Source of the DNA: Lama glama
Taxonomy: Eukaryota
Reading direction: 5' to 3'
DNA: 64,000 bases
NCBI GenBank assembly: GCA_028534125.1
Contig: CM052817.1
Span: 48,734,001 to 48,798,000, forward strand
The notes under the pieces: generated by a model
Databases searched by the model: none
What the model saw: the letters and a program-made list of their open reading frames with translations, nothing else
What the model was told of the DNA's origin: nothing
In this document: in pieces, positions 13,302-26,300 of the stretch
How the letters are laid out: the number at the start of each line of letters is the position of its first letter
Numbering within the stretch: the first letter of the stretch is position 1
Translations under genes and position numbers: made by a program

Positions 13302-14199
13302 CTAATGGTCTTAATTTAAAAAATACTCTTTCTAATCATGCCCATTTTATCCCAGATATAATGTGAAAATTGGAAAAGAATAATAAAAAGATTGAAGGCA
13401 TGACAGTGATCTATAAAATCTTAGTGGTAGGAGCCTATTTTATTTGTTTGTTCTATAAATCCCATTGTATTGCCTCATTTTGCACCTATCTCAGTATGCC
13501 TTTTATTACAGTAATGTGTATGTCTGTCTGACTTGCCCACTTAGTTAGGGACGTGTTTGGTGTCTTGTTCTCCTTCATATTGGCCATAGCTTCCAACATA
13601 GAATGTTGTGTAAATCAGGCATTTAATATCTGCTTGCTGAACCTGATTTTATATATCAAAAGAGATATAATTTATTTTAGAAATGGAAAATTTAACTTCA
13701 GTCAGTGTTGACTTGGTCATTCCACTCTCCTATATTCTAAGAATATGTAGAGGAATACTTGGAATATTAGAGGTCCATATAAAGTAAGAATTGTTTACAA
13801 CTTTTATGCATACCATTCACTTCACTCTTGGGACTCTGTCACTTTTCTTTTTGCTCCTCCTTATCATATAATATTTAGCTACTTTTCTGTGAAAACAAGG
13901 CTTCTCAAATTCTCTTCCTTTATGGAGCTGTCCTTGATGAGGTTACCAGCATTGTAGGGTTTTTTTCTCCTTCTCATTTTTCTGAGCTTCGATTATTGTT
14001 AGTATTCCGTGGTTTAGTCCTCTGTCATAGTTTGTTGTGTTTCTCTTTCTCTTTTCTGTTTGCTTGTATCTAGCTATTTATGATTTATAATCTATAATCA
14101 TAATACTACTTTCTGGAGCAGTGATGGGTCCAATGTGATATTTTCTCTTCTATTTTCATGAGAGCTTTATAGTTACTAAAAAGGGGGTAATTACATGTA

Positions 14200-14224
14200 A
14201 CACACACACACACACACACACACT
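14200..14224. repeat. (CA)n microsatellite
   Basis: Direct inspection. Confidence 0.9.
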
Positions 14225-17200
14225 CTCAGATAAATATGTATACATCTACCTGTTCTTAAAGTTTAAGCTTCCCAGATTCATGCTCTTGTGAAGCCATCCA
14301 TCAACAGGATACTCATTCTAGTTTCTCTTCTTCTCTTTTGTATGAACTTATACTCTGTTTAGTAATGACAAAACAATATTTACGTCTGTTTCCCTTTATT
14401 GTGTTTTGTTTTTGGCATTGGTATCATGTGTCTTAGATTTGTTTCCTAATCTAGGGAAGGGTGTCTACATGAAAGCTTTTCTTTTTCTTCTAAAATAACT
14501 CTACAGTTTGCCAAAACTTGGGTACAGAAACTTTGCAAATTAAGAAATTGAGATGGAATTATCTTTTGTACTTCTTAATTAAGATCTATTATCTATTAGT
14601 TAAAATTCATATAAACAAAAAGATTTTTATAATCTAATTTCTTGGTGATGTAGGGAGATGAGAAATTTTATGTTGAGTTAACAATAGAGTTTTCTGGGAT
14701 TAAAAAAATTCATAAAGTTGATTTTTGTCTCTAGGTTAATATCCTTAAGAGAGTGTGTCAGAAGCTTAGAGAGATAATTTGTATTTAGCAATGAGAGACT
14801 CATTTGATATTTTAATTCCTTCTCTTTCAATTAACCTAGCAGACATTTGACATTACCTGTGTCTATGCGAAGTGAGAATCTCTGAATTGCCATGTTTCAT
14901 GGATAAATTGGGCAATTAGTTTTTGCTTTCTAGCATGCTTTGTTCTTTGGGATTTGACACTTGAAATTATACACTGGTTTTTTTTCAGCAGGACTTTTGC
15001 ACACTGATCTTTAAGGCTCATAAAATATTGTCACTCAGTTGAAGCAGTTTCCTGTTTTAGCAGAAGCATCTTGTTAGGGTAAGAGCTGAAGCCTTTGTTA
15101 TGTTCTATGGCAGAAACTTGCTTGTTTTACAGCTGAGGGACAGAAAGCCTTTCAGGTTGTTCTCTACTTGAGCCTTTTCAACATATTTACTCTGTTGGGA
15201 TATTCAATGTGTGTTTTCTAGGCTTTGGATTAATCACTAAGTAATCTGGAGCAGGAACCTAAGTGTTTTCGCCTTTCACTGCACATCCTTTCAGGTGTTG
15301 TTTATGGTGGATGAAGAGCAGAGATAAGTTCCTAGTCTCCAGATCTTTGAGAATCCAAGACTGAGGTTTGGGAAAAGCAGAGAAGGGTACCTGACAGCGG
15401 TGGTCTCAGCTTTGGCTCAGGCAATTACATCAGTAGGTGCACAAGAGAATGCCTTTCTTCTTCAGCAGAGCACTCACAGACACAGGGAGAGCCTAGGTAT
15501 GTCCTCTCTCTTCACCAACTTTAGTCTGTGATGGCCAAAACTAATAATATAAGAATTGAGAAGGCCATAGTCATTATCTGGTCATTATTGACAGTATCAA
15601 GGCTGCCAAATATGGCTGTATAAGTTATTCACTGATCAAAGATGCCCAGAAATAGGGGTCAGTGAGAGTTGCTTCCTGCTTCCTGCTTATCAAACCGTGA
15701 ACTCTTGTGTAGGGTTATGTTAGATTGGTAGAAGGGGCAGTAGTTTTTTATTTTCACATAGATGCCTTATAGTTTATTTGCAAACTTGAGCAATATTGAT
15801 GAGGTTTAAATCTCAGACAAGCAAGCTTAGTTTCCTATTAGGTATCTGTATTCTCTTTACTTCAAAACAGTATTTGGAAGATGGGAGTGATTGTGACCTA
15901 GCATTTAATGTGGTCTCCCAATAGTGAGGGTGACTATTACACACCCATATTTTCCTTCTAGTCTTTCCTATAAACAGCACACACAGGTTTAAGAAGTGTA
16001 GCTCAGTTAGGAATTCAATATATGGCTTCTGTGTATATGGAAACTTTTAATTCCATAGAGCTTCCCCAGTAAAATGAATTTGATGGATGATGTCTTCACC
16101 TCTAATTATTTCTTTAAAAAGGAATCAAACTCTCTTTCTTGAATGAATATGAAGTAATTGTGATCCAGCTAGACTCCCTGAAATTGGCATCTTGGCATCA
16201 ACTTGTCACATAGGTTTGTGCCACGTTTTAGATTCCCTTTAACTTGTCTCTTATGTTGCCCTCCAAGTGCTGGCATGGTGAATCATAGAAATCAATCAAT
16301 CAATACATGCAGCACAAAATTAAAAATAACAACAACAATAAACTGAAGTAAAGATCAAAATTGGGTTTGGATCAGGTGACAAACTGGGGTCAGAAAGATA
16401 GAAACCAGGATTCAGCACATAGAGATCAAATTTGCAATAATAGTAACCAGATGACAAGAACAAGGGTTGATCCCAAAAAACCAGACATACAAAAGAGCAG
16501 AGTCAGATTTGCAAATTAATGTCAAGAGTACTGAATATTATTTCATGAAGGAGAGGAGAAACAGATATTCGGCATTACAGACCAAAGCAAGGTAGTGCTG
16601 GAGAGATGTATCACAGGCAGGGAATGATATGTCTGCAGATGGTCTCTCACTGTGACCTTGATGTCCACTTTTGCCTGGGAACCCAGGCATCCTGCTGTCA
16701 CGGTCAGTGCAGTGGGTGCTTGGGTGCGTGTGTTTACAAAGCATTAGTTATCTTCCCTACAAATCCACCACACTGGATTCTCAAAGTTTAACGTACTGGA
16801 AAATGACCTCAGTATTAGTGACATTTCTGATAGTATGCAAATTTCACTGACTTTTAACATGGACTTTCTGGGGAGATCAGCACAGGTACAAGATGGTCCA
16901 GGTGGCTTGAGGGAAGCAGAGTGAGTTAGGCCTTTATGGCAGTAAGAGGTGGGTCTGAGGAATAGTTCACAGTGGGTTTGGGGTTTGTGAAGTTTGAACT
17001 GCCCTCAGGCACCAAAAGACATGGCACACACACTGGATTTCTTATCTTGGTTGTCTAGGTATGGGGTAGATGGAGGAGAGGTTGGGGATATAAAAGCTGT
17101 CAATAGTCAAACATCAAAAATGGAGCCAGCTTCTCTGTTACAGGAGAATATCTATCAATGTACTCATATGTTCCTATGCTTTTGCAATATTGTTAGAAAT

Positions 17201-17473
17201 AAAATATTTAACCATGTTTGGTTAAGACTGATGTCTTTTTCCTCTTCAACTTCTCTTTTGTCTCACTTCCTTTTGTGTCAGGTAGCATTGAAGAGGATGT
17301 TGCAGGCATTTTGGAGAACAGGTTATGTGGAAGTTGAGATGAGAATGTATTTAGTTTGGATATAATGGGATATATTTATTTGGGTCACAGTCACTTTTAG
17401 GTATAGTTAAGTTATTACTAGCCTTCCTGGTGCAAGAGAGGCTTCTAGAAATAATTCGGTTGTGCTAACTTAC

Positions 17474-17539
17474 CTGACATTGTGATATAAATGAGCAGGG
17501 ACAGAAGTCCTATCAGAGTAAGAACATATCTTAAGGTAT
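17474..17539 (-). pseudogene. Disabled signal-peptide-like exon
   Basis: Polypyrimidine tract + ctag acceptor and cag|gtaagt donor. The frame YVLTLIGLLSLLIYITMS is hydrophobic, but the only upstream ATG (17527) is out of frame (MFLL*). Confidence 0.55.
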
Positions 17540-17769
17540 CTAGCACCAGAAGAAAAGTGGACAGAGGAAGAGAAACACAGTTTGAAGTGTACAGAAGGTG
17601 TCTGTGCGAATTTCTTCACTCATAAGATATGTAAAATTGTAAACAGAAGATTTAGTTCTCATTGATGCCTGGTCAAATGGAAACTCTTGCCTTGATTATG
17701 CAGCAAAAATAATTATAAACTCTCTTTATCTGTCTATCTATCAGCCATCTATTATATATCTGTCTATCT

Positions 17770-18492
17770 CAGGAATATCATGAAATACAATATTCAGATT
17801 TTCTGTTTTTATAGTGCATAAACCAAGCTATTCGAACAGTGAATACATCTGTGTTTTGAGCCACATGTTTTATGCATACATAGGAAATGCTAACATTGTC
17901 AAAAATATTATAAAACTCATATCATTACATTTGAGGACATTTTCAATAAACTGTCACGATTTCAAAAGGTGTTTAAGATAAGTCACTTTTATAAGAAAAT
18001 TTGCAATACTCTGAAATCTTACAGCTCATATATGAAAGAAACTTGGTAAGCTATCCCAATATTTGGCAATAATTAAGAAAATTTACATGCTATTGCCGAT
18101 AATGAGTTGTAAAGCTTAAATGAAAGGTCTAAACTATCAATAATAAAGATACTTTAATCGGCCATGCTAAAGGAAAGCTGAATTACTATCATTTTTTGCT
18201 TCTTACAGAAAACAGTAATTAAATAATTTCATTTGAAGTGGTAATTGAAGAATATACAAAAAATGTATCATAACAAGAATTATAGACATCTCTTAGGTGG
18301 TTGGTTATTAAAATTCTGGAGGGGATTTTGTCAGTTTTTTTAAAATTTGTAATTTGTGGGGATTTCTTATATTTTTCTAAATAAATATGCAATCTTGTGC
18401 GTGATTTAGAATTTATAATTTTGTATTCCTTTCCTTAAGAGGACCACCCAAATGTCATAAGATTCAGGCCCCACAAAAACTGGAGGTGCCCT
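17770..18492 (+). mobile_element. hAT-Tip100 (Zaphod-like) DNA transposon remnant
   Basis: Degenerate transposase 3' region (ataatgagttgtaaagct...atgctaaaggaaagctgaatta) and terminus ttcaggccccacaaaaactgga. Confidence 0.5.
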
Positions 18493-19514
18493 TAGTAGCA
18501 GTACTGGAACCTGAGGTCAGCCACCATTTATCTCTCATTAGGTGTAGACGACAGCAGAATGGAAGCAAGCACTAAAGATTTGTAGGTGTGGCTACTGCTG
18601 TTATCTTTATGAATGAAAAACACATGTAAACAAAGATGGACTGGTCTTATTTATCTCATGGCTACTTGTGCGAGGTGTGTGAGATTCAGAAAAAGAGAGA
18701 AAGTTTAAGTATGAGTAAATGTGAGACATTCAACTTTATTGTCTTGTCTGGGATTAATAATGTAGAAAGTTGGCATTTCACAGCTTTAATACCCATTAAG
18801 TTTAAGGCCTGCCAAAAGTTTCAATAAAACATGTGACTGCCTGAGTTCAAATCCCAGCTCTGACACTTTTAGGCTGTATAATGGAGGATAATAATAGTTT
18901 TAAGGATAAAATGAGTTAATATTTTTAAAGTTCTTACTGTTTGGCAGTACAGTGCACATGTTAAATGAAGCAAATTGTGCCGATGGTGGTGGCTTACGTA
19001 GGTTTTCTCTGCCTCATCTGTTTACCTCAGTTCAGCTCAGTGACACCAAGTTGTCTGTTAGGTGAGACTCTCAGATTTCCAAGGGCAAATGATTCAGACA
19101 GAACTTTTCTTTCCCCATTTTGTCATTTTCTTAAAATGATTAAATTTTATAAATCAACTGTGACTGTAGGGGAAGAAAGGCTGGCCTTGTTCCTCCCCTT
19201 TGTATCCCAGTCCTGCTCTCCAGAGGCAAGTGCTTCCAACTCCTTTAGCTGTTTCTTCTGGTATTTACCTCCCTCCCTATCTTAAAATCATAAGCTTAAT
19301 AATTGTTGGCCTTTTTAAGGAGGTATAAGATACTTCCAGTAAGGTGTGTATATCATAACCTTTACACAGGTTGCATCTTGAATACATGTCACCTGTGTAT
19401 ACACTTGTGTGTCCGGAACCCAGATCAAGATAGAAAAGACTGCTAGCTCCCCAGGGGTTCCCTTTGTACCCTTGTAGCCAGAACCTTCCCAACATAACTC
19501 ATCTGTCAACATAG

Positions 19515-19608
19515 ATCAGGGTTTTTCAACCCCAACAGCACTGACATTTGTGGGGACTCTCTTGTGCAATGTAGGCTGTTTAACAGCATCCCTGTCGTTT
19601 ACCCATTT
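19515..19608. mobile_element. MER20 fragment
   Basis: cagggtttttcaacccc...actgacatttg...tgtaggctgtttaacagcatccctg. Confidence 0.6.
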
Positions 19609-20065
19609 GTTTAGGCAGAATAATACACTACCATCCTCCAGATGTTCACACCTTAATCTCTGAAACCTGTGATGATTTGTGTTATTATGTGGTGAGGGGG
19701 AATTAAATTCCAGGTATGAGTGATGCCATAGGTATCAAGATGGCAAATGAAATTTAGGTTGCTAATCAGCTGACCTTATTATAAGCAGATTAGCCTGCAT
19801 TATCCACTTGGGCACAATGTAATCACAAGGGTTCTTAAATGTGAAAGAGGGAGGCGGAGGCAGAGAAAGAGAAGTGACGATGGAAACAGAGGTTGGAGTG
19901 ATGTACTTTGAAGATGGAGGAAGAGACCCTGGGCCTTGGAACTGAGGCCACCCCTAGAAGCTGGAAAAGGCAAAGAAGTGAATGCGCCCCTAGGAACTCC
20001 AGGAAGAGCACAGCCCTCCTGACACCTTGGTTTTAGCCCAGTGAGACCCATTTTGGATTTTTGAA
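19609..20065 (+). mobile_element. MLT1-type (ERVL-MaLR) LTR
   Basis: aatgtaatcacaagggttctt...ctagaagctggaaaaggcaaag...cagccctcctgacaccttggttttagcccagtgagaccca. Confidence 0.8.
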
Positions 20066-23000
20066 CAGTTTTCTGGGTGATCTGTAATGTTTTGTACTTT
20101 GGAACTTGATATTAAAAATTACTTACGTAATTTATTCCCTGTTCTGGGCCATCAACAGTTTAGAGACTTTCACCTAAAGTGGGTTGTTTCCTTTCTATCT
20201 GATCATACAGATCCATGCTTTTGTAAAACATTTGCAATAATTTGTTAAATGTTTCTCTTCTTAGCCAAATAACAAGCTCTATAAGGACAGCAACCCTGTA
20301 CCCTGCTGAAACTCAAGCACCGAGCACAGTGCCTGGACCATGGCAGACATTTGCAGAGGTGAGTGACATTGAATTGCATGAAGCATCTTATGTGAAGCAT
20401 TTTTTGCTTTCCACCCATAACCCTGTGTCATGATGACTGCTGAGTTATGTGAATCCAACCCAGTGTGTCCTGTCACTGCAGCACAGCCAGCAGCTCAGCT
20501 GTTTAATTTGACAGAGCTTTCTGTCCTAGGAACCAAGACTATCCATATCTCACCCTCTCCCTGATCCATATGATGCATGAAACATGCACACATATGACAT
20601 CTGATGATGCCCTGAAGTGGTTGGGAACTCTGAAAAAATTGATAAGGCTTTCTCAGCCACCTTTTATGATTACGGCATGGCCTTTTCCCTAAGAGCTGTG
20701 GGCTTGGTTATAACAGCAGGGGTGTCTGACAGGTATGTATTCCCCTTTGTGCTTAAAGAGAAATTTGGAAAGTAAGAATGCCTTTTAACTTTATTTTCTT
20801 TTAAATAGAGATAAATATGTCTGCAACATTTCAAGACTTCTGAGAAGCTTATAATTTAGTCAGTTTTAGAAGGCGGGGATAGTCATGATTTAAGAAGATA
20901 TGTTCTGTCTTTAGAGGGAAACCTGGTTCACTTATTTCAGTATTTAAGGGAAATCCCAGGGTCTAGGGAAATTTTCTTCTAATAGAACAAGAACTCTAGA
21001 CGGCATGGTGAAAGTGTCTGGTATATTACATAGAAGAACAATAGTCTGGGGGAACGCTGGGCAGACCTACTGAGTATGGTGCAGCTGGTAGGCCATACCC
21101 CTCCTCCTGCAACCGTACAGCGTGCAGCTTGCAGAACATGAGAGAGAGCTCAGGAAGCATGGGTGACAGGGAATAGGCTGTGAGGAGGGCTCTAAGTCTT
21201 AGCTGAAAGTTGCTCCTAACAGGCATATGGGAGACAGAAGATTGGGCGAGGGATTAATAGTAGGGAAAGTGTGTGCTGAATGTGAAATGAAGTTAATTGG
21301 AGACGTGCAAAACCAATGAGCCCTTATATTCCATTGGTGTGTCAGTGTGATGTGATTCAACAAATTCATTTTACCAAGGGCTCATGGAAGGGAGGAGAGG
21401 AACAGCAGGTATTTTCCGTATCAAAACTATCCCTCCAGGTAGCCAGCCTAGCCTGGAGACTGAAATAGGGCTCATGGCAGAGATGGTAACGGTTGCCCCC
21501 ATTAAAAACTTTGTGGAGAGATGAGATAATGGATGCCAAAACTCAAAGGGATGAAAAGTTCCTTTAGGTAGGAAATAAATAACGCTTTTGACTCTGTTTA
21601 CACGCAAGTCACAGTAAAGTGCCCAAATGAATTTACTTACCAATTGAAGGTTAACTGGAGTTGGCATGAATCTGTTCAGTTGTTGCTAGCAAGAGCAGGA
21701 GAAGCAACTGAGAGCTGACAATGCAGAGACCCTGATGGCCCTCCATGCTGGAAAATTTGTGTCATGCTTAAGCATCATAGAAGTTTAGAAGCCAGATTGT
21801 GGAAATGACAACTGATAAGGAGATAGGAGAAATCTGGCAGTAGTAGTGTCTTATAGTAGGAGTTCAGAGCTATTCTTAAAAGGCCAAATATACATAGATA
21901 TAAATACATCTACTCCCAGACTTTTCACACATTCCATAAAGAGTTGATATAATCTTTTGTTTAAAACAATTTTTATTTATTCTTCAGAAACAAATAGAAT
22001 TTTGAAATGCCAGTAGTATACCTGATATTGTTAGGTTGATTGAGCACCAAACTAAGTCTGTAACCGTATTTGTTGCTTGCACCTCTGAAAAGTAATTTCC
22101 TGCTATAATCAAATTTCATTTTAGTTCTACTTTAATAAAATAAATAAAACTCTGCCTCATGTCTCATTTAGACATTTAGATTTACTAGAATAGATAAAAT
22201 GGATTTTTCACTTCAAAAATCAATGATGCCATCATTATGAAAAATGATTACATAATTTGAGACCTATTTGAGGGGAGGTAAAATGATCAGTTTATTAGGG
22301 TATTGCTTCATGTTTTATATTCATTGCTTCTGCTCCTATACTCAAGAGAGTTAAATTTTAAAAAATATATTTACTTCATATTTATATTGATATATTTATG
22401 CATGTATTATTTCTATTTAAATTTTATTATTTTATATTTCTTTTAAAATTATGCTGTATTACTTGTATTTTTACTACTTAGCTGTCCCTATAGATAGGTG
22501 CATTTCCAAGAGAAAGGCAATAAAAGGTTGATACAATTTTATAATTTATTTTACTGCCATCTCTTCCTCATTCTGTGCAGGAAGTCAGGAACTCACATTT
22601 TTCCTTGCCTACTTATTTGGCTTCAAAATGCTGAACAAGGCTACTATATGCTGATAGTTCTTCATGAACAATTCACCCTTCTCTGCTTAGCCCTCTACCC
22701 TGGGAGGACAACCATATAAACTCTATGACCTGGACTCCTTTGCCTGTCAGATCTTGATCAGAGTCCACTGATCAAAGAAATAGAAGGAAAGAGGAAGGGG
22801 TACTATACTGCTCTCTTCCTCCTGTGGGCAGTAATTATATCCCTTCACAGCAACAGATTCTATTGGTTGGCTTTTCATCCACAGTCCCAACCCTGATTCA
22901 GGCTCTGGTATTGTTATTTGTTCCTTTGCCCCCATTAAGCTGAGGCACACTACAAGCTCCACTTTGGCTAAACTTTGTATGCCTTAACACCCCTTGCTGG

Positions 23001-23175
23001 TTCATTTAATCCTTTCCACTCTCTTCAAGCAGATTTTTTATAAATGCCTTTTTTTTTTCATAAGGAGTCTGTTTCCTTCTGACAAAATGATTTTACTAGC
23101 TATTGGTAGGTAATAAAATATATCAAAGGTGGTAGTCATCATGACAATATTAGGTGCATATTATTGCTTAGATAC

Positions 23176-23181
23176 TTTATT
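23176..23181 (-). terminator. Polyadenylation signal of the PROL1-derived mucin
   Basis: Minus-strand AATAAA about 145 nt after the stop codon. Confidence 0.7.
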
Positions 23182-23325
23182 TGTTTGGTGTTCTGGTTAG
23201 AACAGGGTTGGTTCCACTGAAATAGTTGAAGTTCATTTCTCCTAAGAGCTAGAGAAGTTTGGAAAATAATTTCTCACATCTTCAACCAAAAAACAACAGG
23301 AACTAATTCCCAGAACTCTTAAACT

Positions 23326-26300
23326 TTATACAGATGGGTGTAGTTTGGGAGCTGTAACATGGATAGTGGTACTGGGCACTATGGTGGATAGAGGGCTGGT
23401 TATATTTGAGTTGTAGCTGCTGTAGGTACTGTGGAGATGGGCTGCTACTGCTGTGGTGGTGGTGGGCTCTGTTGCAGTAGTGAGCTCTGTGAAAATACTG
23501 ATGGTAGTTGCTGTGGTGGTGGAATCAGTGGAAGTACTCATGGTTGCTTCTGTAGTAGTAATGATGGTTGCTGTGGTGGGGGATTCTGTGGAAACAACAG
23601 TTGCTGTTGTTGGTGTAGGTTTAGTTGAAGTGGTGGTGCTTACTGTGGTGGCAGTGGCTTCAGTAGAAGTTGTGGTTGCTGTGGTGGTGGATTCAGTTAC
23701 AGTGGTGGTGGTTGCTGTAGTGGTGGGTTCTGTAGAGGTGATGATTGTTGCTCTGGTGGTGGGTTCTGTGGAAGGTGTGGTGGTTCCTGTTGCAGTGGTA
23801 GTTTCAGTGAATGTAGTGCTGATTGGTTTGGTGGTGAGTTCTGCAATGGTAAAGATCGTTGCTGTGGTTTGGAGTTCTGCAGAGGTAGTGGTGGTTGCTG
23901 TAGTGGTGAACTCTGTGGAAGTGATGGGTGCTGTTGTGGTGATGGGTTCTGTGGAAATGGTGGTGGTTGCTATTGTGGTGGATTCTGTGGAAGTGGTATA
24001 GGGTTCTGTGGAAGTAGTGATTGTTGCTGTTGTGGTAGGTTCCGTTGAATTGATGGTGTTGGCTTCAGTAGAAGTTTTGCTGGTTGCTGTGGTGGTGGAG
24101 TCTGTAGAAGTGATGAGTGTTTCTCTGGTGGTGTGTTCTGTGGAAGTTGTGGTGGTTCCTGTTGTGGTGGTAGGTTCAGTGGAAGTAGTGATGAGTTCTG
24201 TAATAGTGATGATTGTTGCTGTGGTGTGGGATTCTGCAGAAGTAGTGGTGGTTGCTGTGATAGAGTCTATGGAAGTGGTATTACAGGGTTCTGTGGAAGT
24301 GATAATGGTTGCTGTTCTGGTGGTGGTTGCTGTGGTAGTGGGTTCAGTGGAACTGATGGGTGTTGATGTGCTGGTGGGTTCTGTGAAAGTGGTGATGGTT
24401 GCTGTTGTGGTAGATTCAGTTGAAGTGACAGTGGTTGCTGTGGTGGTGGATTCTGTAGAAGTGATGATTGCTGCTGTTGTAGTGGGTTCTGTGGAAATTG
24501 TGGTGGGTTCAGATGAAGTGGTGGTAGGCTCTGTGGAAATAATGGTTGCTGTTGTGGGTGTAGATTCAGCTAAAGTGGTGGTGATTAGTGTACCATTGGG
24601 TTCTGTGGGAGTGATCATTGCCTTTATGGTGGTGGGTGCTATGGAAGTGGTGGTGGTTGTTATTGTGGTAGGTTCTGTAGAAGTAATGATGGTTGCTCTG
24701 GTGGTGTTTCCTGTGGAAGTAGGGGTGGTTCCTGTCGTGGTGGTAGGTTCAGTTGCAGTGATGGTGATTGCTGTAGTGATGGGTTCTGTGGAAGTAATCT
24801 TGGTTGCTGTGATGGTGGGTTCTAGAAAAGTGGTGGTGGTGGTTGTGGCAGTCAGTTCTGTAGAAGTGTTGGTAGTTGTTATGGTAGTAGATTCTGTAGA
24901 AGTAATGATAGTTGCTCTTGTGGTACCTCTTAAAATTGTGGTGTTTCCTATTTTGGTAGGTTTGGTTAAAGTGGTGATGGTTGCTGTGGTGGTGGGCTCT
25001 GTGGAAGTGAAGGCTGCTGTTGTGGTGGCAGGTTCAGTTGAATTGGTGGTGATTTCTGTGGTGGTGGTGGCTTCAGTAGAAGTTGTGTTGGTTTCTGTGG
25101 TGGTGGGTTCAGTTAGAGTGGTAGTGGTTGCTCTGGTGGTGGGTCCTGTGGAAGTTGTGAATGTTCCTGTTGTGATGGTAGGTCCAGGGAAAGTGGTGGT
25201 GACTGCTTTGGTGGTGAGTTCTGTAGTAGTGATGATTGTTGCTGAGGTTTGAGATTCTGCAGAAGTAGTGGTGGTTGCTGTAGTGGTGGGCTCTGTGGAA
25301 ATAATGGTGGTTGCTGTGGTAGATTCTGTAGAAGTGGTATAAGGTTCTGTGGAAGTGGTAATTATTAATGTTCTGGTGGTGGGTTCCATGGAAGTGGTGG
25401 TGGTTGCTGTGGTGATGGGTTCAGTGGAAGTGGTAATGATTGCTGTTGTGCTGGGTTGTGTAGCAGTGATGATGGCTACCATGTTGGGGGATTCTGAGGA
25501 AGTAGTGCTTGCTGTTGTAGTAGTGGGCTCTGTGGGAGTGATGGTTGCTGTTGTGGTGGGTTCTGTGGAAATGGTGGTGGTTACTGTGGTGATAGATTCT
25601 GCAGAAGTGTTGATTGTTGCTATGGTGGTGGGTTCTGTGGAAGTTATGTTGGTTCTTGTTGTGATAGGTTCAATTAAAGAGGTAGTAGTGATTGCTGTGG
25701 TGGTCATATCAGTGGAAATGGTGGTGGTTGATAATGTAGTGGGTTCTGTTGTAGTGATGATAGTTGCTGTGGTGGGTGTGGAAGTAGTGGTGGTTTCTGT
25801 AGTGGTTGGCTCCATGGAAGAGGTGGTGTTTGCTATTGTGGCAGATTCTGTGGATGTAATGATGGTGCCTGTGGTAAGTTCTGTAGAAGTAGTATAGGGT
25901 TCTGTGGAAGTGGTCATGGGTTCTGTGGTGGTAGATTCTGTAGAAGTAATGAATGTTGCTGTGGTGGTGAGGTCTTTGAAAGTTGTGGTGGTTCCTGTTG
26001 CAGTGGTAGGTTCAGTTGTAGTGATGATGGTTGCTGTCATGGGCGATTCTGTGGAAGTAGTGGTGGTTTCTGTGGTGGTGGGCTCTGTGAGAGTGGTGGT
26101 GGTTACTATTCTAAGGGGTTCTGTGGAAATAATGATGGTGGCTGTGGTGGATTCTGTGGAAGTGGTATAGTGTTCAGTGGATGTGGTGATGGTGGCAGTT
26201 ACGGTGGTAGGTTCAATTGAAGTGTTAATGGTTGCTATGGTGGTGGGCTCTGTGGGAGTAATGGTTGCTGTCATTGTAGGTTTAGTTGAAGTGGTCATAG

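Noticed and set aside
20127..20230. Candidate exon 1 for the decayed mucin gene (TTTACAAAAG box, gtaagt donor)
   Set aside because: Such motifs are common in AT-rich DNA; no independent support.
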